Assembly: GCA_048013815.1 (NCBI GenBank)
Contig: CM106586.1
Coordinates: 13,764,001 to 13,828,000, forward strand
Direction: 5' to 3'
Length of the DNA stretch: 64,000 bases
Origin: Setoptus koraiensis
Taxonomy: Eukaryota; Animalia; Arthropoda
Positions 1-11,637 of the stretch are shown here, piece by piece (position 1 is the stretch's first letter; the number at the start of each line of letters is the position of its first letter). The translations under genes were made by a program, and so were the position numbers. The notes under the pieces are model-generated. The model made no database searches and was not told where the DNA came from. It saw only the letters and a list, made by a program, of their open reading frames with translations.

Positions 1-1915
1 GTATCACAGTGTAACGCCATTATTATTAAAAGCATTATTTAATTATTATTATATTAATTTAATTGTACCGATATTGTCGCACAAAAGTACACAGTAACCA
101 AGTGTCGAATTGACACACGAATATTGATGATTATACGCAACAACAACAAGTGAACAACAAGCCGTCAAGAAGTAAACCGAGACAATTACATTCGAATTCC
201 TCACCGATCTTCTAACTATTCTGGCCACTATCAGCTGTTGTTTGTTGATTGCGCAATAATATTAAAATGTGCAGCATCAACCACAAACCATAACAACCAA
301 GACGCCAAATAAAGACACAGCAAAATGTACAAAATAATAACACAAAAAACGCACACTGCACACGCACACACACAAATAAATAAAAATGAAACAAATGATA
401 ATTGATTGAAAATATCGACAATCGCATCGCTAATAATCCTGCGGCCCTGTGATAAAGCAGCCAAAACAACAACAACAACGACAACAACAAACAAACAAAC
501 AACAAGAAATACTAATTGATTGATTGATTGCCAGCTAGCTACATTGAGTTGATCTCATCTCGACCCAAAATAACTGCGCTACACAGACGCGACGACCAGA
601 TTAGAATCGCACACTACTTGACTTTTGAATTGATGATGATGCAAAGGCGGCAATTTATTTCGGCAATTTATTATTTCTATAGATTATCATAGATTCTGTG
701 TGTATTCTATAGATTCTATAGATTGTTGTTGTTAGATTGTTGCCGGCTGCAGATTCGAGCCATCCCATGTTATTGTGTGTGTGTGTGTTTGTATCATGAT
801 TATTTGATTATCCGCAAAACTTGCTCGCTGCTGCTTGTGAGATCTGGTCTGTAACTTACACAAACTGTGAGTGTGTTTCGGGAAGGGATCGTTATCAACG
901 TTTTTCGTAGCTCGCACTGAATATGCTCTTGTTGTAGTTGTTGTTGTTGTTGTTGTCGTTGTCTGACAACAACAACAAGCGCTGTTGTGCGCTGTTGTGC
1001 GCTGTTGTGAGCTGTTGGCTTCTTCTTGAGACGCACTCAGATGAAATTGATGATAAAATCAAGTCAGTCAGCCAAACAACGATCTTATCTCGATCACATG
1101 TGTGCGCGTGCTAGCGCTTGAGCAATGGCGTTGGGTGGCCAATTAATTAAATTGATTACATTGATACGCGGCTGCGGTGCTGGCGGCGGCGACGACGACC
1201 ACGCCGGCCCAACCAACCAACGATGCACCGACCAATGATATACGACGCTGCTGACTGGGCCCGAGCCGCGTTGTTATGCGATGCGATTTGATCCGATTCG
1301 AAGCGATTCGAAGCGATTTGTCTCAGACTGTTTGTGATTGTGAGTGCCAGTGCCTGCGTGTGTTCAGTTTGCTGCTGCCAGTGGCGCAAAGCTGATAGAG
1401 AGGCCAGTTTAGGTTAAAAAATAATATTGGTCGGTGGGATTTTCGTTTGTCTTTGTTTTGATACAAGCGCATCGATCGAGCCAGCGAAGCCAGCGACACG
1501 AAGCGGGCAACTTGAAGCCGGCGACACAAGACAACAACGTAGAAAACAGCAAGCAACGCAATTGAAATCTAGTGACCAGCAAGCGCCTATCAACGTTTCA
1601 ATCTCGGCGTGTCAAGATCTCAAATAAAATCTCAAATCAAATCAACTCAACTGTGTTGTGTTGTGTGCACTTTATCAAAACTGTTCATCTGCACTTGTTA
1701 TGCGCTTGCGTTTATCCGGCGCGTTTATCCAGCAGCACACGCAACAATTTCCATCTCATTTATTTATCTGGCGCTGCGTTCGCGTTCGAGCTGTGCCGTG
1801 CCGTGATTACTCCGGTGTCACAATTCTAGCTTACATGTCCATCCGCTCGCTGGAGTGTGTATTTGCACACTATGCTTGCTCTATGCGCCGGCCACTCACT
1901 GCACCACTGTACTAG

Positions 1916-2025
1916 CTGCGGTATATCTGCGGTATTATGCGGTATTACGCGGTATTATGCGGTATTATGCGGCGGTATTAGTATATCCGCAGCATTGCAT
2001 ATCTGCGGTATTAGTATATCTGCAG
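1916..2025. repeat. Degenerate tandem array of GCGGTATT(A/AT) units
   Basis: About 7 copies of GCGGTAT are visible. Confidence 0.85.
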
Positions 2026-5000
2026 GCAGGCAGGCAGACGGCGATAACATCTCGCTGGCACATTTGCATAACACAAGTGGGCCTGCATAAGCGGCCATCG
2101 CGCCATGCACCGGCCAGGCCAAAAGTGCAGGCCAGTTATGTAATGTGTTGTGTCATTTGCGATGCCAGCAGCCACTTATGTAATGGCCTCTGCGACGGCT
2201 GCGGCTGCAAGCTGCGAGCTGCAGCAAAGTGCCAACAGTGCCGTCGACTGGACCCGAACTAGATCAAGTTGAAGCGCACCGGAAGTAAGTTACGCACTTT
2301 GCGAATATTCTGCTACTGCAGTCGCTGTTGCCGCTGTTGCCGCCGTCGCCACCGCCGCCAAATAAACTCACACTGGCGACAGCACACTCACCAGCCGGCA
2401 AGAGAGAGAGAGAGCGGATGTAAACACATTACGTCATTGCGCACAATACATTGCCATTTATTATAGCTATTTATGGTGGTGCCGTATGGTGACGCAATTG
2501 CGACTCAACAGCGACAACAACACCGACAGCGCCAACAACGACAGCGACATCAACCTATCAACAGCAGCGGCAGCAGCAGCAGCTCACAAGCAGCGCAACA
2601 CGGCAGCAGCAGCTATTACGCAATTGCAATTGCAAATTCGCAGCCCGGCACACTCCAAATTCATACAGAAGCGCCGACGACGACGACGACGACGACGACG
2701 GTATTTTCGGCGCCGTCAACAACGCGCCGCATTGTCACCGATTGTTGCGCTTGCTGCCAGCAGCCGGCGGCCCCTCAATTTTCTCGAACCACATCGACAG
2801 CAACTACGCGCTGATAGCTATTAGTCGCCTATTATTGGTCGCTATTGATCGCTTGCGAACAAACAGCGCCCTGTCAACACAAGCGACACCTCTAGCGAGC
2901 TTATTCCTCACTGAGCGATTCTCTAGCGATTTTATCCTCCAGCGAGCGATTCTCCAGTGAGCGCATCTCTCGTGAGGCGACTTCGTGCAGCAAAGAAAAC
3001 GCTGCAGATAGGACGGCCAAACGGCGCCAACTCGAACATAACGGCGAAAATAACGCAACAACTCTTCACACAAGCGACGCCCTCTTGTGTTGGGTGGGGC
3101 AACTATCTACAGAAAGTCACTAGCAAGAGGCGCCGCAAATAGTGAGCCAACAACCGACAACCGACAACTTGTTATTGTTGTTATGTAATAATTGGACACT
3201 CATCGTCCACCAGCTTGGCCGGCTTGTGTGTGACGTTGTGGGCAACAGCAGCAACAGGTGAACAACTGTTGATATATGTTACGTATTTAATAGGTGCAAA
3301 GGTGACCCGCACTTCACTTGCGACTCGTAAGTCACGAGACGACCGGACAAGCTTGCCATTCGGTGCCATATGGCACCAGCGAAACAGCCACAGAGAGCGG
3401 CCAACGAGCTCAAGTGAGCTGAATCAGCTGAGCCGAAAAGCGACAGCCAATGTGCGTAGTTTTTGTTGGGTTTCATTTGATGGCGCTTTGCACTGAAAGT
3501 TGCACTGAAAGTTGCTGAGGTTAGAGCAAACTCGAAGCCAATCAAGCACGATAAATAATTAAAACATTAATTATTGATATGCTCAACACAGTGCTTGCTG
3601 ACTGGCAACTATTTAGCTAATTTCAGTTTGATCATCATCAGGTTGATTTCCGATGATGACGCCGGTCGCCCCAATCAATCATAATCATTACATAATGGCC
3701 ATGTTGTGGTCAAAATAATAATGTTGCATCATGTTGGCTGTCAGTGGCGATTTTTGGCCTGGCAGTGGACGAGCGGGCACACAGTCGAGTGAGAATGTGC
3801 TGCTGACCATTGAAACAAGCGGCCAGCCGATTTAAACGGCGCCGAACAAATAGAGAATCGGCCAGCGACCAACGGCGCTGCTGGGCGGCTTCTCGGCGGC
3901 TTCTTCGCAACGCCACCAGGCCGATCAAAACTATGTGTGTGTGTGTTGCGCAGATTTCTCTCCACGACCAACGTAAGCTCAAGGTTAAATTGGGATAATC
4001 ATGCTTGTCGACATCGAGTGTGTGTGTGTGTGTCTATTTAACTGTGGCTTCCACAGGTGAGTTCGCAGGCTCTTAAGAAGCCTCGTGAGTGTGTGCGTTC
4101 TTTTATGAGCTGAAACGAGCTTGTTTATTTGTTCAAAAATCATCATCATCATCATCATTTGGAGGCAGACGAGCGATGGCGCTGCTAGTGGCGCAAACAA
4201 GCCCGAAACTGGAGACTGGAAACAGGAGATGAGAATAGTGGAATTCCTAGCCGCGCACACTCATGATGATAATAATTGAAAGTAGTGAGAGAGAGAGAGA
4301 GAGCCAAAAACTAATCCAATCCGACGCATCTCATTCGGCGCTTGATACTCGTAACTATCTACCTGTGCTCACCTGTGTGATATAAGCGCAGTATATATGC
4401 AATGATGAATCTGCGCCAGATGAATCGCCAAAGTTGAGCCACTGACAGTGGCTGCTGCGGTCAGCCAATGTAGAGCTTCTTCTCTACCTGTTGGCCGCTC
4501 TCTCTCTGTTGCATGATGATCGCCAATGATGATCAATTCAAGGTAAGGCCACGGCTCCGAAGACGAGCTGTCCATCATGAGCGCTTGTAGCGTCAACTGT
4601 GCGCTCGCTGGCCGGTCGGCTGGATATCGTGCCGTCGTCGAGCGCACAATGATTGATTACGTGGGCTAGCATGCGAGCCGGCTCGCCACCTCGGGCAGCG
4701 GGCGTGTTGAGAGGCTGTGCGCTCATCCGGTCGGGCCGCGTCGCCAATACGGCCGACGGGCCGCCAATACGGCCGACGGGCCGCTCCAACGCCAGAAGCG
4801 ACGACCGGGCCGACCGGTCAGTCCGCAAGTGTTGGTGCGGGGGCGTCGGCGATACCCTTTCTCTCAATGTTGTTCCACCGACAGGTACTTTTATTATTAT
4901 TAGGTACTTTTATTATTATTAGATACCTTATTTTGCCCACGGGTCACACATGGCGATGCGGGCACAGCGAGCGGGATAATCGGACAAGAGGCAAATTACA

Positions 5001-5682
5001 CGCATTTACACCTTTACCGGGGCATTTCCGGCCAGAATAAACAGGTAAGCTGGCGACCCGGTTGGGAGGCGCTGGCCCACGGCCGCCGGATAACCGATAA
5101 ATAAATAGCCGAAACTGGAGCGGAGTAGCGGCCGCATGAAGAGCGGCGCTGGTAATTTGCACACGACAATCGACAGCCGGACCATGTGAGCGGCCGGCCG
5201 GCCGGCCAGGCTGTGTTGGGCATCAACACCTCGGCGCAAATTCAACTTGCAAATAAAGAGCGCAGAATGGAAGAAACGAAAAAACGAGATGGTTGCAGCA
5301 ACGGCAGCGAATCGAGTTTTCGGTCGCTGATTGTGTGTGTGTGTATCATTGATTTCTGGCTCTTTTCTGGCTGGCTAACAGCAGCCGGCGAGTTGGTGGC
5401 GAGCCGGCAAAAAAAGAAGAAGAGCAGTTGTAAGAAGATTTGAAAAGTTGTTCTATTTGGCTAGCTCGTCGAAGCTGGCTCGCCGAATTGGAGCCAGAGC
5501 GGCGGCGGCGGCAGCGGCAGTCAGTCAGTCAGTCAAAAGTTGAGCTCACTTGAAAAGTTGCGTCTGTGAGAGCGAGAGCGAGCGAGATACGAGAAAAAGC
5601 TAATGCTCGGCTAGCGAGCATTAGCGAGCTGTGTAATGGCAGTGGCATAAAAGCCTCTTACTGGCTTACGTAACTAGTATAT

Positions 5683-5683
<1 letters not shown>

Positions 5684-5745
<62 letters not shown>

Positions 5746-5752
5746 AGAGAGA
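5684..5752. repeat. Compound (GT)n(AG)n microsatellite
   Basis: Directly visible. Confidence 0.97.
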
Positions 5753-5964
5753 AGAAAGAGATCGATCATCATGATTCATTCAAAATGCAACAACAACAAC
5801 AACAACAGCGGCGGCGGCGGCGGCACCACCAGCAACGAACTGCAACTTGCGCATTGATTATCTAGCCATGGATCAAGACCATGATGATGAAGCAAGCGAG
5901 CTCGATACATGGATAGAGTGCATTGATCCGCGTAGCTAAATTTCCAACAAAAGCCACTGTAACA

Positions 5965-6085
5965 ACAATAACAACAACAGCGGCAACAACAGCAGCAACA
6001 ACGGCGGCAACAACAGCAGCAACAACGGCGGCAACAGCAGCAACAACAGCGCCAACAACAACAGCAACAACAGCGCCAACAACTG
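5965..6085. repeat. CAA/CAG/CGG compound trinucleotide repeat; similar tracts at 6260-6365 and 6590-6680
   Basis: Directly visible; these produce the spurious poly-Cys/Ala/Thr ORFs in the track. Confidence 0.9.
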
Positions 6086-6807
6086 CACAGCCGGCATCGC
6101 CAGCCGGAGCGACCAATGCGAATTGAATTGAACACATGCTAAAAGCGATTTACAATCTAATTTGACTCATCATTTTGCTATTTTTCTTCTCTCTTCTGGC
6201 TGCGCTTTCTTGTTCTCGCTGTCGCTCGCTCTGTCTGTCTCGCTGAGCTTGAATTTAACTCAACCAACAACGGCGGCGGCGGCGGCGGCGACAACAGCGC
6301 CAACAACAACGCCAACAGCAGCAACGACAGCAGCAACAACAGCGCCAACAACAGCAACAACAACAGCACACACACACTCCTACGCCGCTCACATGATACT
6401 CGGCGGTAGCGTAAGCGAGCGAGAAGCGCCAAGACTCGCCGAGCTCACAGTGCGCGCCAGCCGGCTCAATTTCTCACTGATCCGTCCAAAAGGCAACAGC
6501 CATTTAATCTGCTAGCTAGGCACTTTTGCCGGCTCGCTGGCCGGCTCGCTGGCTGGCTCGCTGGCTGGCTCGCTGGCTGGCTCGCTGGCTAGCGGCAGCG
6601 CCAACAGCGACAGCAACAGCGACGCCGCCAACAGCAACAGCAACAACGACGCCGACAGCGACAACGACGCCGCCAACAGCTACCGAGCTCATCGAGCGCA
6701 CGCAGACGATGCCTGCAAAGCCTGTGAGGCAATATGATCTAATAATGTCATTTACCATGCCAGCCAGCTAGTGAGCCGGCGAGCCGCCACCGTCCGCTAC
6801 ACACACA

Positions 6808-6847
6808 CGATTGTGTAATAACTTATTAATAAGTTATTACACAATCG
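6808..6847. repeat. Perfect 40-bp palindrome with no spacer
   Basis: CGATTGTGTAATAACTTATT followed by its exact reverse complement AATAAGTTATTACACAATCG. Confidence 0.97.
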
Positions 6848-7252
6848 GCAGTGTGTTGCCATGTTTTACTGTTACATAACAACGGCCGGCAATGCAACAA
6901 CTATGGTGACAACATGGGCACAGCGCAACAGCAGCGCCAATTAGCAGTGGCAGACACACTAATTATTACAGTTACACACACGCTCATTTGAGTGACCTCA
7001 TTTCGCCGGCCACCGGCAACTTGTTACTCGGTTGCTGTTGCTGTTGCTGTTGCTGTTGCTCGGTGCACATCCAATGGGGGGACACAGTGAATTCGACCGG
7101 CACACACCGAGCGGCCACATGAGCCATCAAGCGCCGACGCTGAGCCAACATGGGCCATCATGGACGCGCCAAGTGGCCATCTGTTGCACTGCATTTATTA
7201 TTGTGCGCGACCACCATAAATTACGTAACCGCCACCTGCCGCTATTGCTGCT

Positions 7253-7500
7253 GCAGCAACAAAAACAACAACAACAGCAACAACAGCAACAACAGCAACA
7301 ACAGCAACAACAGCAACAACAGCAACAACAGCAACAACAGCAACAACAGCAACAACAGCAACAACAGCAACAACAGCAACAACAGCAACAACAGCAACAA
7401 CAGCAACAACAGCAACAACAGCAACAACAGCAACAACAGCAACTACAGCAACTACAGCAACAACAGCAACTACAGCAACTACTGCGCCAACAACAACCAC
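7253..7500 (+). repeat. opa-like (CAACAGCAA)n array, about 19 perfect 9-mers plus variant units
   Basis: Directly visible at about 7272-7442, followed by CTA-variant units. Confidence 0.95.
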
Positions 7501-10500
7501 CACCACCACGACAGCAAGCGACACGCACAAAATGTATCAATGGCCAGCTCAAATGTCACTGGCCATTGAAGCGACAAGTGCGGCTAGCTAACAATGGCAC
7601 ACACAACAGTTAGTTTGCTCATCAATGTTGAGCTCACCACAATTCAAGAGATAGATAGATCGCTCAAATTGTAAAGCTGTTGCTGCTATTCAAGCAAAGA
7701 TTGCATCATTGGTTTGTTTGCAACAGCAAAGACACAACGACAACAACAACGACAACAACAACAACAACAACGACAACGACAACACTGGCCGGTCGTTGCC
7801 TGACCGCTGGCCTGACAGGGCCAGTGCCGCTGACAAACGAACGATAGCAGCCGAAGTGTGGGCTTGGCTCACTCGCCACTTGCCACTCACGCCACCACAT
7901 TGCGTAACTATGAGCTCGTTTTTTGTCGTCGCAGGTTGAGTTGCGTCATGGCTTCCATCTCACATATATTGTATATATATATATTGTGCAGCTCGACTCG
8001 CGTGTCCTGTTAACTGTTCTTAGATGCCACTGTTGCATCATGATGCCACTGTTGTCACTGTTGTCACTGTTGTCACTGTTGGGCCGAGTGCGAGCATCAT
8101 GGTTGCACCATGGTTGCATCATGGCAGGCACAGTGGCGACACAAGCAATAGGAGGCAATAAGAGGAGAAAAATAAAAAACTATTTACTGCACACAATTGT
8201 CCATGCAACTTGTTGTTGTCTGTCCTCTTTTTTCTTCTTGCTCCTCATTTGTGCGATCCCGTGTGCTCCATCAATAGACGAGCGCACATTATTTAAAACA
8301 TTATTTACAACATTACTTACGACATTACTTACAACATCACTTATAACATTGTGTGTGTGTGTCAAGTCTGACAAAACACGGTCTGTGTACGTCGAGCTGG
8401 CCCCACTCTCATACTCGCACACAATATACGTACGTATCTAAATGCGCAAGCCACGCTGAGTGTCTTGTTACATAATAACGTTACTTAACGTTATCTAATG
8501 GCGCAAAGGCTGTTGCGTTAGGCCCAATGGCTCAATAGACAGAGGGCGGCTAGACAGAGACAGAGAGAGAGAGACAGAGAGACAGAGCGAGAGAGAAAAG
8601 TTTGATGCTACCACTAAATAAACTAAATAAACAGCTTACGCAATGCTGTCTGTCTGTCGTGTTGAGTAATGATTGCGCAACAACGACAACGACAGCGACA
8701 GCAACAGCGACAAGAATGTCGCTGTCTGACATGTGAGTAAATAAAGTCAGTCTAATAATAAGAGGAATCTGTCTTGTTGCGTGGCCATTGTGTGCAACAT
8801 TGATCAACACACTGGGCTATTTAAACGCTATTTAGAGCAACTCTCCGGGCTATTCATGCTCATGTGTATACTCATGCGTATATAGGCTCGTTCTTGATTG
8901 ATAATCCTCTCGCTCTTGCTCTCTCATTAGTATCGCGATTTTAATCTTTTGTCTGACTGTCTGTTTGCCGTTTTAGCTGTGATTAATTATTTAAACGCAC
9001 AAGTCAGTCACCTCAATTTGTATTGTGCAGCCAACATAAGACATTGCGAGCAACATGCAAACAGTTTAGGCAGCTCACAATATACATAATAATAATATAC
9101 ATAAAAGCAGCCAGTTATATCTGCGTATCAGTGCATCTCGCTGTTCCGGCTCGCCTCAGATTGATTGATTAAGACACGATTCGACCTGGCGAGATTGCAT
9201 CGCCGGGCACGGGATTGGGTCGTCTCATGAGCGGCATTGTCATGGTCGTGTGCTGTCTCTGGAACTCGTTAGAAGCCGCTCTAATTAACGCAAGCAACAA
9301 TTTGTATCATGTACATGCTGCTGCTGCTGCTGCTGCCAGCCAACGCAGCCTTACTGGCCAAACGGACAGTGCGGCACCAACCGGCACCAGACAGCGACAA
9401 ACGGCCACAAACGGCGACAAACGGCGACAAACGGCGACCAACAGCAACACGTGCCCCGCTCGCGAGTTCCAAGAAGCGCTCGAAGCGTGCTCGCCCTTCG
9501 ATTTGTTTGCGAATCGCCCCTCGAACCGTATCCGCGAACAGTTTGGCTCTTGGCGAATTGGAGCGGCGAAAGGCGAATCGCAGCGAATTGCAGCGACACA
9601 AAGCGAGTCTCGCTTCGCTTTGTGTCGCTGTCGCGGGTCACGTAGCACGCCAGTTCATTGCTACTGATTAACTTGTCGCCCGCATGATGAACAACGACAA
9701 AAGTCATTCACTTTTTTCACTTTTTCACTAAACTCTAGTGACTAAAGTGATTAACTCTCATCCAAAGTTTAAACTTTGAACACTTAAACACTTTGGCGAC
9801 TGACAGCGACTGCAATTTCGTGACAACACAAACATGTTGCCAACATGATGTTGGCAGCCGAGATACAAGCAACACAAACATGATTTACTCCTCTTGTCAC
9901 TGGCCAAAAGTGTCACATTTGACACCGGCCATTATTACGTAACGACCGCCCGTATACGATACGACGTGTATCATGTCTAGACTCATCATGGTGCTGCCAT
10001 TATGCCCAATCTGTACGCTTCTCTGGGGCATCTTGGGCCCGCGAGATTGGCAACAATTGCAAATTGAATCGAGCGTCTTTTAGTGGCGCCATCTCTCGAC
10101 CAGTGCGCCAAACACAAACTGAATCGCAAATAAAATCTCGCTGAATCTCGTGAAATTTTTTTTCGGAGATTTCCATTGAAATTGATATACACCCCAACGA
10201 TTGTACGATACACTCCGACAGTACAGTACTCCAGTAGTACAGTGTCCAACAGTAGTGCGGCCGGTGCAGTGTTGATGCATCTTGGCTTGAGAGCAAAAGT
10301 TTTCTTGTGGCGAACCGAAGCTGGTCGCGATATTACGAGCGCCGCCGACGACGACGACGGCAAAAGTTGAAGCTGACTGTTAATTGTTGCGCCCATTATA
10401 ATAATAATTGCACTGCAGCCAGGCTCTGGTGTTATTATTTAAGTGGACCGCTTCCGAAAATGACCATCGCGGCGAGCACACCAAGTGAATTCAATTAATT

Positions 10501-11585
10501 ATGAGCCGGCCGCTGTGGTGCGTCGCCGTTGTCTGTCCGATCGACAACCAAGCAAACCGAGCGACCGAACGACCGAGCGACCGAACGACCGAGCAACCGA
10601 GCAACATTAATGATCGCAGTGATGGTAGCCGTTCATTAGCGCGCTATCTGCATGTGCCAATCAACTGTGGGCAGCCTCGAAATGGCGACTCGACGACGGA
10701 CAGAGCGGCACAAGGCGAAATGGCAGCGACGAAACGAAAACGAGAACGAAAATGAATGAAAATGAGAATGGTTTATTGTCCGAAATTGTGATTCGCGACT
10801 GACGTGATTCATCTGGTCATCATCGGTTGTTCATTGAAACTAATTTACGCCGCCAGCCATCGTGTGTGTCAAGTGATCCGCTGAAAGTGTCATTGTGTCA
10901 GCCTGTCATCGTCATGCTGCCACTGTTATCATTCTGTGGTGGCTCGTAGTTGTTTGCACTTGTTCAACTGTAACAAGTGATGCTGCACTTGTTGTTCTCA
11001 ACAACAACAACTGACAACTGACCATGCGCTCACGCCAATCAATCGTCGCTCATTACGCCACTGCAATCAACTGCGTCAATCGCCTTTGCTGTGTGTGTGT
11101 GAGTCAATTGAGGAAAATAAATTTAATAAATTTCGCCACAATAAATAGCAACATAATAATTGTAGATTGTGCGCCCATTTTTATCAATTTATCACCACAA
11201 ACTCGGCGAGCAAAAGAAATCGGAAATGCCCATCATGCCTGCGTGGCCACGATGCCGAAATGGTCACATTTCGGCCGTTTCATTTTGAGGCGTCGCCCGA
11301 AACGAGAGGCTCGTGACAGAGACACACAGTCGCGCTTCTTGTCCGACATTTTGTGACATGTTAACGCGCTTGCATTGGCAAGAAAACTCGCCAGCGCCAA
11401 CATGCGATTCTGGCCTAGCACTGACAACAAAAACACACAAAAAACAATTGTCAACTCAATATTTTAGCGACAATATTTTTCATTTTATTTATATTTTATG
11501 AATTTTCTTTTCTATTTTATTGTGTGATACGCGACTAGTCGCTGAATATTGTTGCTGCCAATTTCGAGCAGATTCTCTCCGAAAC

Positions 11586-11637
11586 GAAAAAATCACTAAA
11601 ACTAAAAAATCACTAAAACTAAAAAATCACTAAAACT
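11586..11637. repeat. 17-bp tandem repeat x3 (AAAAAATCACTAAAACT)
   Basis: Directly visible. Confidence 0.9.

Noticed and set aside
4513-4542. Micro-exon MMIANDDQFK followed by GTAAGG
   Set aside because: No recognisable downstream in-phase exon; the candidate acceptor at 15783 gives an unrecognised 49-codon frame.
212-11500. Dozens of 60-190 aa ORFs on both strands
   Set aside because: They are translations of microsatellites (poly-Cys, Val, Leu, Thr), overlap in several frames, often start at non-ATG codons and show no domain motifs.
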